A stretch of 64,000 bases of DNA, from assembly GCA_002245135.1 (NCBI GenBank), contig NGBS01000878.1, positions 1 through 64,000 on the forward strand, in the 5' to 3' direction. Below the pieces are notes generated by a model. The model did no database searches. It was given only the letters and a program-made list of their open reading frames with translations, and had not been told where the DNA came from. The stretch comes from Proteromonas lacertae. Its lineage: Eukaryota. This document shows, piece by piece, positions 10,446 through 22,902 of this stretch. Made by a program: the position numbers and the translations under genes. Each line of letters starts with the position of its first letter. Within the stretch, counting starts at the first letter, position 1.

Positions 10446-10659
10446 AAACCTTACGGATGATATATATAGAATGATTTAAAAATTGGAGAGTTTAATCGAT
10501 TAAAATTGACTACAAATTAGTAAAATTGTTTACAAATTGTATATAAATTGTTTATAAAATGTAACTAAAAACATTGATTTTACTGTAAATTGTTTATTTT
10601 AAAACTCTCTATGTTTTTTCTTTTCCTCTATTATATATAAGAATATACTTCAAACATAT

Positions 10660-13428
10660 TTGAATGATAAAATGAAAAAGAATTGTGGATTGAATAAGTC
10701 AATAAATATGGATGAACATATATCATACGGTTGTAGTTATTATGGTTTGATATTAAATGGTTTATGGAATTATGAAGTAATAGACGAAGATGAAAATGAA
10801 TTATTACTGTCAAATTACAGTGAAAATACCAAGAAGACAATTATTGAAATGAATAATCATTTATCTCAATTTTTATGTGGATATAGTGATTTAACAATTG
10901 ACAATAAAGAAAGAAAGTTATTGAATGAATATTTTAAAGGTGAAATGGAATTAATAACATCAACTATATGCATTGATTCAATTGAACAATCAATTGATGG
11001 AATTGATTATGATACTCATCTTCAAGAAGCATATAAAGCAAGGAATGATATGGAAAGTGCAATATATGATCTTCAACACGATTTAGAATTAATACAAGAT
11101 AAAAAATTCGTAGAAAAAGAGAATGAAGAGTTAAACAAAGTGATTGAACAATTGCACAATGATAAAGGTTTAAGAATATTACATGCAGTAAAAGAATTTC
11201 AGAGTGATTTCTATAAGAAATGGGAAGAAAAGAAAGAATCAAGATTACATTTAGCAATGCAATTATGGTATAGTCAATTATATATATATTTTTTATTTGT
11301 AATAGTGAATTATCTATTACTGCATATCCTAAAGAAAGATCAGAATATGAAAGTAAATTGAATGAATTGAAAAGTCTAGATATAAAGAAAGATCCAATGT
11401 CTAAATATATCATAACATGCAATGTATTATAGATTATATAATAGCCTTATAGAATATGATTAGTAAGAAGAAAAAGATATTAGAAGATTTGAAGACTTTA
11501 GTGTATATAATGAATATATAACTCATTAGTACTGAATACATTAAAGTAATTTCCTCATCAAATGTATTAAATGATGTGTTTAATACTTTGAATCCTAAAC
11601 TCACAGAATTAGTGAAAATAATATCAACAGAGAATTTAAATACTATTTATACAAAGCGTAACGTTATAGAAGGAATATTCACAAAATATAATACTTCAAT
11701 TATAAAAGATTTGTATATTGTTGATAATTAGTATATGTAATAGAAATATTAGATTAAACAAATGTAGTTCTTTGGGAAATGATGTAGTTGATATATCTGC
11801 TTTAGTTAAAGATATTGAAACATTAAAATCATACATAAATGGAGAAAAACTTGAAAAATCTCCAAATGGACTAAAGTATGTTTTTGATGAATATAAAGTA
11901 TGATAGTATCTTTAAAAATATTAATGTATAGAAAATAAATAGTGATTATATTAAAATGAAGAGAGAAATAACTAAAAAATTAAGAGAATTTAAGTATATT
12001 TGTTATTTTATAACATATAGACAATCAATACTAGATGAGATAAAACAAATTGATCAACCAATTCCAAAAGAAATAGAGGAATTGAAAACAACAATAGAGA
12101 AAGTAGAAATAGCTGAGAATATTGATCTTCCTGAATGTAAGAATAAAATTACTCAGTTGGGAAATCCTTATGCAATAGTTGTTAAAAAATATGAAAGTGA
12201 ATTGAATGTATATAATTCATAAATATTAATGAAATAGGAAAAGAAAAATATGTTAAAAAAAGAATTGGATGTTTGTGTTATTAAAGATATTAAAGATTCA
12301 TATTTAGGTACTGTTACTACTTTAACATGTGAATCAAGTTTACTACCATTATGTAATGGTATTAAAGTATAATAAATTGCTGTATTAAACAAATAGATAC
12401 TAAACGAAACTAAATGTAATTATTTAAATGAAATGAAAAGTAAGATGAATGGGTTGATGTATTTTTTAATGTTTTATTATTTGAATAGAAAAGATATTAA
12501 AGAAAATGTAAAAGAAATAGAAGAATCAGATAAACAAGTTTTAGATGAAGGAGATAAAGATATTAACAATAGAATAATAGTATCTGAAGAATTATGTAAT
12601 ACATATACTAGGTTTTATTTGAAGTGACAAATAAATATAAAAACAAATATATAGAAAGAATAAAAGAACTGAATAAGAAATTAAATGAAGTTGATAATAA
12701 AGATCAACAACTGACAGAATTATTGAATAAATCAAAAGAGAATCTTGAAAAAATCAATGAAACTAATCTATATGGTGTAGTAATTGAATGTAATGTATTT
12801 TGTATTTATTATTTTTATAAATATAGAAATTGAATGATGAAATAGAAAGAGTAAAGAAAATGAATGATGAATTTATTAAAAGCTATTTGTATTTATTATT
12901 ACTTTTAAGTTTATTAAATAGAGTTAAATATCAAGTATTGTATGACAGAATTAAAGATAATAAAAAATCTTTTAAAATACCTATAAGTCAATTTATTATG
13001 ATGTTTGATGTATTAAATAGTAATTTGTCTAACCTAAGAGTTGATGTTTATTGTAAGAAAGTTGAAAAAGCATACAATAATGTAATTAAAAATATGAAAA
13101 AGAAGATAAAAGAAAAGAAGTATAATTAATTACATTTATAAATAATAGTTCAAATTTTGATTTATCAAATAAGAAAGATGAAGAAATAGTAACTCTTTAC
13201 TTAAATCCACCTCATCCACCATCTCAACCAGAACAGAATAAAGCACCAACTAATGATTCAACAAGTGTTAATACAGAACAACCACCTCCTCCTTCTACAC
13301 AGCTAGATGATAAAGATACAAAGAAACTTCCTTCTGCACAACAATCTCCTAATAATGCTAATCTTCCTATTCCTGTGAATGATATAGAATTTAAAGAAGA
13401 ATTAATTTTCCTTCCATCCTCAAAGTAA
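10660..13428 (+). CDS. Multi-exon coiled-coil protein with Pro-rich C-terminus; 5' end uncertain
   Basis: A chain of same-strand ORF pieces joined by many short GT-AG introns; the last exon PPHPPSQPEQ...FLPSSK ends at TAA 13426-13428. Confidence 0.65.
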
Positions 13429-13522
13429 TATATTTTTATGATAGTTGTGTTGTTAATCACATTTTTTTTATATCAAACAATATTAAATAACAAACAATCA
13501 TAAAAAAATAAAAAATCTTCAA

Positions 13523-16500
13523 TTATCTCAACATAAATTCACCTAAACCAAAATTAATCGCTGTTAATAACTTCTGCTTCAACACTTCTTCATCTTCATA
13601 ACTAGGTAAATCCAAATGAAAGAAACAAGTATGAGCAACAGGTAAATTATCCAAACTTCCTTCTTTTCGAACTAATTTGAAAGTTCTTTTCCAAATCTTA
13701 AGAGGAGGTAATCTACTTCTTCCCCACACAAATCGAATAAACAAACTACGATAATCATCAGAAAAACCTTCCAATACTTTCCAGAATAATTTCACTGTTT
13801 TATTATTACATCCACCAGGCCAATTATGATATTCAGTTTTACTTTTTAACATCTCAATATCAACTGTTGCATTTCCACATACTAACAACTCTAATTGATC
13901 CCAATTCAATAATTTCAAAGCTCGGCTTGGGATTAACTGAGTTAAACCTTCTTCGATTGCTTCACAAGCATCATCAAACTCTTGTAATCGATATTCAATT
14001 GCTAAATCACAATATCTCATTCGATTGTCTAAACTTACTCGAATAGAACTTCCATTAGGGATTAATTCTATTACTTCATCATTACTGTTTGTTAAAGTAA
14101 ATGTTAAATCATTAAATCTTTCATAAAACATATTTTCAGCATCTTCTTGTTTATCATCAAAGTTTTCAATATCTTTTATAAATGTAATAAAACGATTATC
14201 AATATCTTTTAAATCAAATATATCAACTCGTCGATCAACTAAATACTTCCAGATAATTGAAGGGAAATAAAATGGTTTGAAATTCTGAGTTCTTAAAGAA
14301 ATTCCAATTAAATAACCAACTGTTTTAAACATTTCCATAGCTTCCACACTACAATGTTTTGGATTGGGAATATATTTATCAGTATTGAATTTATATCCTT
14401 CTTTATTATTTGCACATGGAATAAATAAGTCAATTATATCACTGAATAAGTCTTCCACACATCTTTCTAAAGCTTCTCGATAGATTCCACCCATATCTAT
14501 TCCATCTTCATTTTTAAATATTACTGTAAATAATACATTCTTTTCTTCATCCATTGGACATCTAAAATACTTTGGTTTGAAGATTTTTAATGAATTGTGA
14601 AACTATATATATAATATAATATTTATATTATTCATACTTGTGTAAACATACATTCACTACTTAATGCATCTAATGGTTTATTCAAACGATGTGACTTCTC
14701 CATACTTACAAATGCCAAATGATTGTTCAATTCAATTATTGTCTCATGTTCTGGTCGTTTTACTTCAGTTAACATTATACATTGTTGTAATACTTCTTCT
14801 TTTGTATGGATAAATATCAAAAATGAAATTTCACTCAATTTGTGACCTAATGATTGAGAATTTGTATCATTAATCAAATCAACCATATGGATTACTCTTT
14901 CTAGTTTTTTATTTAATAATAATATTATGGCATATCTTAACATCAATTCTTCATGACTTATATCTGATATTACATCATATCTTATTGAATAATCTTTAGA
15001 AAACTGTTTTGGAATATCTTTTGGTAACACTGACATATGATCACAATTCTATATATATATAATAATATAATAATATAATAATATATATACATTATATTTA
15101 CTTAAAATACTCATTGATATATAATCCATCAAACTGTAATCCATCTCATAATTCCATTTTCTCATTTTTACATAATTTGACTCAATTATTTCACTATTTA
15201 TCTCAAATTCACACAGTTTATGAGCTCTTATAAACAAATACAATGGAATATCATTCTCTTTATTATTAATACCTAAAATCAGTTGATTATATAAACACTC
15301 AGTTAAGAATATTACATCATTTGCACATTCATCTAATGGTTTATTATCACTGTCTTTATTCATCGATTCATTTATCATTTCTTCTGTAATATGATCGTGT
15401 TTATCTAATTGATTATTATAATAAGCATCAGCTAAAGATGCATAACATGTCATTTCCACTAATTCTGTTACTCGACGAGGTAAGAAAGAAGAAACATTCA
15501 ATTTATTGATATTTGTATTAGAATTAGTTGAAGTATGATTCTTCTCTTTTACATTCTTTTCCATGTAATTGAATATTGTCTTTCTCACTCCATTTAATTG
15601 GTTTAAATCAGGTTTATGATCTTCACTATATTTCTCTGGATTATTCAACATCAAAGTTAGTAAATTAATCACTTTGTGTTTATAAGGAGCTCCTCTTGCT
15701 CGAATGTATGAGACTAAAGAGTTAAAAACTTCTTCAGTAAAAATATTTGAACTTTCTAAAGCAATATTTTCGATTATTATGTAGTTCATTATCCAACATG
15801 ACCATTCTAAAGATCCTTCATTCAACATTGTTTCTTCATCGATTTGTGAGAGTGAGAATATTGGATAAGTAAAGAAATGATAACCATAAGCTGTATTATT
15901 CTCTTCATTTCCTGCTGATTTGAATGTAAAATATAATGTATCTCCTTTGATAATGAGTGGAGTAAAGTTGTTACTATCTCCTGAGTATTTTGCTATTACT
16001 TTTGAATATTCACTATCCTATAAAACAATATAATAAATATATAATATATAAAAATACTTCATAAAATGTTAATGCAGCATCTTGTTGATTAATTTTACAC
16101 TTGTTTCTAAATACAACCCATAATCCATGAGCATCTTTAATATAGACTTTATCTTTATAATAACAACGATAATAGTAAGGATGTAAACTACTTCGAGCTA
16201 CAGCTTGATCTATGGAAGTAGGTTTGACATTATTCATCAATTGTTTAATTGCATCATCAACAAATAGCTATACAAAAAAACGATAATAATAATATCATAA
16301 ATATACATCAAGAATAGATGAATTTGTTTCATTCAATAATGTCAATTTCATTATATTCTTCATCACTCTATTCACCATTAAAAACAATCTACCAGTTGTT
16401 GCATTTTTCTTCTTATTAGCCATAAACAGATTCTCTGTAGACATTAGCAATTGCAAATATTGAACAACATTTCTACCATCATCACTAATATGTCTTAAAG

Positions 16501-19500
16501 ACAAAGTTTCATTCTGTAAAGAATCATCCCAAACAGATAATAATGAAATTAACAGTATTCTACATAAATGCAAAAATGAGGAGTATAAATATTGTGATAA
16601 AACTCCATATAATTCTTCTGTACTTGCTATTCTATATCCTGCCCATTTTTCATGAATATTTAAGAATCTTGTTTCAAATTGTTCTATTCTTCTTGTTCCT
16701 GATTCAGTATCTAACAGCAATATACTTGATAAGTTCTCATTCTGTTTTAAGTATATTCCTGTCTTTCCATATAAGATATTCATATCTCCATAATTATGAT
16801 TAAATGTAACTAACATACCTGGTTTTAGTAAAACACATTTATTATCATTAAATGTAGTTGTAGGATTATTGGTATTGAGATTATTACAGATTTGGCATTT
16901 GTGATATCTCTTTGAGTTTATATATGAACATAATTGACAAGTCCAAGTATCTAAGGCTTGAGCTTCTACATCACTAGTTGCTTTGATGATTCTACACTCA
17001 AATATTTTACTAGTGTGAATATTATCAACAACTGTATCTTCAGTATCTTCAATTAATTCAACTTTGTGTTCTTCGATGTAAATATCGTCTAGAACTGCTT
17101 GATCAGATGAATCTACTATATATATATAAAATATTATTTATAAAAAGAAAAAAGATATATATAATAATATATACTCGTTCCTGTATAGAAATTTTCAGCT
17201 GACAAAAATGCATCTTCACTAATACCTTCTGAATAAATATATCCTTTATCAAACAGCAATGTAATTGTCTTTTCTTTATCATAATTCATCAACTTATAAG
17301 CATTTTCACACAAATGAAATGGTAAACCAACTTTCTTCGTGATTTCTCTTATTTCTTTTACTCTTGGAGTTTCAACATTGTTATTTCCATCAATTCCTCC
17401 ATTTGCTACAAATAAAACAGCATCTTCACTTGTTAACCAATCAATGGCTTCATCTCTATTTCCTTTCTTATATTCTAATGCTTTTTCACATAGTTTTACA
17501 TTGAATCCTAAATCAGCTAAATCTTTAGCTATTTTTCTTCTTTCTAGAATGGTTTTTGTTGTTTCATGACTTGGATTGTATAGTCTAATTCCACATTCAA
17601 AATCATATATTCTTAAATATAAAGTATCTATTTTGTATAACAAATCAGGTGTTGATATAAGATAAGGTAATGGACATGTGTTTATTGAAAGTGTTAGTAA
17701 TTCATTCATAAATCCAAAATGTATTAGAAATTCTACATTTTTCATATCAATTGCTAAATTCGTAAACATTCTAATAATTGATTCACCAATTTGTGCAGCA
17801 GTAGCAACAGAAGGTCCACACAATGGACACAACGGATCTGGAGGTACTTCAACATGTTCAATCTCATCAATTGCAGAATACATTATCAACTTAATATTCT
17901 GATACAAATCTTCATCTAATACTAGATTATTGGTAAATGGTATTTCATTAACAACACTCAATTTACATATTTCCACTGTATTTGAATGTAATGAACCATC
18001 AAACAATACATTTGCCTTTGGTTCACAGATTGTGTAGTTTATAATTGTTGCTACTGATTTTGGATTGACTGTTGCAGCAAATACACTTGAAGGAATTGTA
18101 TCATCTGAGACATTACTTGTTCCACTCAATTCAACTCTTGCACCAATACGAAATATATCTCTATGACCTCCTAAGAGATTAACAATTGACAGTAAAAACA
18201 TGGCTTGTGCATCGGAAAAATCATAACCTTCAGAAATGACATTTTCACCAAAGTAATTGATATATTGTAATAAAGGAGGTAATAAAGCTGATTTCCATTC
18301 AGAATTCTATTTAAATATTATATATATATATATATATATAAATATATACTTTCATAATATGTCTTAATGAATGAATAATTTCACTTTCTAATGATATAAT
18401 TCCAACTCCACATCCAAATCCTATTGGTTTATTGATATTATATTGGGATTTATCCAAGTATTTGAATATATCAGCAGCTGTTCTTTCATTATTCAACACA
18501 AATGAATATCTATTACTGTCTTCATTCTCTGCAGAATGTGTTGGTGATAATGCATCAGGTGTTAGTGTCTTTTCAAGTGGCAAATTATTCAGCGCAATTG
18601 TTTCAGCCAATAAATTCAAAAACATCGTTAGAGTGTATGGAATTTTGATGGAAGGAATAAAAGTAAGATGACAATATTCTGATTTTGATAATATTTCATC
18701 AACCACAGCACTAAATGAATTATAAAAGTAATATATATATAATAAATAATACGGCTTAAATGGTGGTAAAATAGTTCGAATGATTCTACATATCTTTCTT
18801 TGTGTTCTACAACTTGATTTTGCTAATAATGCAATTAAAAGTGGTAATATTTTCTTTATATGTGGAGATTTTGTTATATAATTTGTATCTTGAGATGTAC
18901 GACATAATACAGTGAGAAGTTTACAAAGTGAATCTTCTACAGCAATTAACTATATATATAATGATAATGAGTAAATATATACAACACCTGTATGATTCTT
19001 ATTGTTATATTTCTCTGAATCTAACACAGCTAGTAAATAATTATAACACTTATGTAATTCAATCTAAATAATAATAATAATAAACAATAAATACTTATAA
19101 TATATATATATATACTTTTATATATGAATAAATCACATTTTTCACATTAAACTCATATTCTTCTTCAATTTGGTAATATTTTTCAGCATTTTTTGGTATA
19201 TCATTATTCCTCTGGCTATCTTCAGTAAATATATAAGTTCCATTATTAAACACAGCTAAAGCAGCAAAACTAAAGCAATTCCAAGCATTTCCACGGATTT
19301 GTTTGTATTTATTCAACTGTTCAGACACTTTATTCAGATATTCAGCTGGAGAGTAATTCCCTTCATCACAAACTGTTATTTTCTTGTAAATTATTTTGAA
19401 GAATTCTGGTGATAGGAATTTCATATCAAAATAATTATAATCAAAGGTTAAAGATAAACTGATTAAATTACCCACTTCACTATCTAATAAATCATATTTA

Positions 19501-22420
19501 TATAGTGTTAATAAAGTATTTTCAACTTCATAAAATGCACTCTTTACTTCTAATAATTTATTATATGGAATAGATTCTAAGTTCTTCATGTAATGATGTC
19601 TAATTTCAGCTAATTCAACTTCTCCACTATCTAATTCACTATAAGTACACCATTCACATAAACCTTCTAAAGATGGCCAAAAGGAGAGTAGAATTGTTTG
19701 AATATTGAAGTTTATATGAATTGAATTTAATAGTTTTGAAAATTGTTTCAATCCGTTGATTTTATCTTCACATCTTTTAGTTCTTATTTCTATATAATTC
19801 TTCATCTTTGTAGCTGTAAATATTTGACACTATTTTTATATAATAACAATGATAGAAATATATATATATATATACATTCTTTAAATACAATAAACTTGCA
19901 CTACATATCTCATTTGTCACTGTAAAATCATGTTTTAATAAATCATATGAAGATCCAAATTGCATCATGAAATTGAGAGTATTTGTTATCTAAATAAAAT
20001 AAAATATAAAATATAATAATGAATATATATATATATATATACTAAATGTAAATACTGTTCATATGTTAATGGATCATCTGGTGATAATGCTGGTACAATA
20101 TTTGTCATTATTGCTGAACTTTGTCTTCTCTGCATTCTATCATAAGTAGTTGTATCTGCTTCTTCTGAATAAGCTGATTTCTTTATTCTTAAATGAATTC
20201 TTAACTCTAATAATGTTGAAATAATTTGAATTATATCTGGCGATGGAGTAAAAGAGTTTAATCCTTTTTCTTCTTCACCATATTTTGATTGAATTATTTT
20301 CTTAATTTCTTCATATTTATTAGTTTGTTTTAATAGAAATGCGAAATATAAATACTCTATTTCTGGTATTGTTGGTAATAGAAACAGCGCTTTATTCTTA
20401 ATATGAGGTTTAATGAAATTGATAAAATTGAATGTCATATTGTCTTTATTAGAAATAATATCATTGAAGATTGAATTTATTTTATCACTTTCTGAATCTA
20501 TACCTTTAATGAATAAAACTGACTTAAGATATTCGCCAAAATCTTCTTCTTCATCACTTTCAGCAATACTCTAAACAATAAAAAACAATATATATTATAC
20601 TTTTATTAATCTGGATGTAATTAAAGAAGTTAAATGTGATAATGAATATGATAAATCTAATAATTTATACTCTTTTGAATTAATATTTTCTTCATTACTT
20701 TTCAATTCTTCATATGATGAGATTGGTTTCTTTAAATTCTTGAAATTTCTTAAGAATTTATCATATCCTATACATAATTCCACTATTTCATCAATTAATA
20801 TTGTACATGGATATAAATTATCAACATATAAACACAAGCCTACTATCAAGCTTGGTAATAGTATAAATGAACTACTATTATCACAGAATAGTGACAATAA
20901 CAAATCCTGACTTATTTGGTTCATTGTTATTTCTGGTTTTATAAAGAAATTACATAATAATTTCAGTATAGTTATTGCATGTTGAAGTATTTCTTTTGTA
21001 TAAAAAATAAGACATTTGCTTCTTATTTCATTTGATGGATCTATAAATTATTAATATATATATAAATACCTGATAATGTATAACAAACTAAATAAAATTG
21101 ATACATCAACAATATATTATTTATCAACTTATCATTTGATTTGTTAATTTCAAATGGTTTTATTATACCAATTTCTAAACACATCTTCAAATGATTGATT
21201 AAGTCTTTGTCACATATTTCCATTATAATTCTTAAATTATTTTCATTATAAAAACCACAGGAATTATTTGGAAATATTGAAAGTAATACGTTTTCATCTA
21301 TTTTGAAGTGTTTCTTTTCTTTACTATTCTCTTCATTTAAATTAAATATTAAAAACCATTTTGAATGATTTATTACATAGTCATTCCAGTTAGAATATGA
21401 TGGTTTATTGATTGCTGCATTTCTACTTGAATAATTGATATGATTTGTAGGATGAACTCTAAATAAAAATATAATAAATAGAAACTTTAAAATATGATAT
21501 TTATATATATATATATATATATATTTATATACAATTCTACATCATAACAACCTTCACCTCCATAACGATAAGTATTAGTCTTTCCATTTCCATAATACCA
21601 TCTCACTCTTACACCTTTACCTGGTTCATTTTTCCAATTCTTTATTCCAACTACTACTCCATTTTTTCCACTACCTCCATCTTGTTCTTCCCATTTCCAA
21701 TCGATACTTCGTCTAACAATCATACCAACTGATAAAGGAGGATATATCACTATATTATAGAGATAATTGACAAATACAGTGTAATTCTTCCCTCTTTATA
21801 TCGCATAATGGACAATATATCATGTGATTACCTGGAATTAGTGAGATATGATTTTTTTTACAGATACATTCACTTGCACTACCGATATTGGCTAATTGAA
21901 GAGAATGATTGTTTAATTGACTTTGAAATATTAAACTATTGGAATATAGAAAGTAAATATACTTTTGTAAGTGGTTGAATACTACGCATTTTTGATCTAC
22001 GAAACGAATTGCTTCTATATTGCTTCTACTGCTAATTAAACATTTCTATTAACTATAGCAAAATTATAAATACTTGGATAAAGAAGTTTCTTAAGTAAGG
22101 AAGGGAGATAAGTCTGGAATCACCTACAGATATTAATTCATCCCAAAATCTAACACTATTCTCCCCTAGATAAATAACATATACAATAAAATCAATACAC
22201 TGATTTAGCTGTTTCTTATCAACTACAATGTCGCTATAACGAACAGTTGAAAATTCATCTCGAAGGAGGGATATAATAAATTTTGGATTACTAATGTTTA
22301 AAAGAATGTCTTTGATAAAATGTGGTTGATATCTCTCCTACATCTTAATATTTTTGAATATACCTTGTACCAAGCAGTTCCACCAACTTTATACTTCTGA
22401 TAATTTTTAAATTCATTCAT
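13523..22420 (-). CDS. Giant multi-exon HECT E3 ubiquitin ligase with MIB/HERC2, UBA-like and NZF/RanBP2 zinc-finger domains
   Basis: C-terminal HECT (GIDMGGIYRE...LPVAHTCFFHLDLPSY). MIB/HERC2 domain at ~21530-21740 (VRRSIDWKWEEQDGG...YRYG). UBA-like LADLGFNVKLCEKAL...AIDWL. Zinc finger WTCQLCSYIN...CQIC at ~16886-16945. Probable ATG at 22420. Confidence 0.9.
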
Positions 22421-22902
22421 TTCATTAAAATGATCGAAAAAAGAAAGAAATACAAACTAATGCTTGATCAAATTAATATAAAATACACATAATACTGTAT
22501 TGTAATGTATAACAACAATAGCCATTATTGAGTAAGAAAAAGAGAATAAAATAAATTCGAAGGAGATATGTTACAGTAATGGATTTATAATGAGATGTTA
22601 ATTATGAAGATTGGAAGATGATCATATTAATATGTTGAAAACAGAGGCAACTGAAGATAAATGCCTAATTTAGATGAATTAAAGATGATTTGATTTTATA
22701 AAGTATGAATAAGAGGTGAATGAATAGATTAATAATGATTTTAAAAAAGATTGAAAGATAAACATCCTAACTATTCTTTCTTTCTTGTAAATTATCTTGT
22801 GGATTGTATGATTATAACATATAATAAGAAATACAGAAAAATACATTAATAGAATACTATCCGTTACACAATTCGTTTTTTTAGTTTTTAAAAATTATAA
22901 AA

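Larger units (their letters stand above)
1..10450. mobile_element. Right arm of an endogenous Polinton/Maverick-like (adintovirus/MELD-type) dsDNA virus; left end lies outside the window and the right boundary is approximate
   Basis: Polinton-type rve integrase (5419-6582), an Arg-rich core-like protein with GxG sites, and a CxxC zinc-finger ORF. ORFs in 1-6.6 kb are co-oriented and intronless, unlike host genes. A repeat cluster sits at 10167-10445. No capsid, ATPase, protease or pPolB gene is visible here. Confidence 0.75.

Noticed and set aside
15049..15090. YIYIYI-type hydrophobic C-termini on many track ORFs that look like TM segments
   Set aside because: They are translations of (TA)n-rich introns, not protein.
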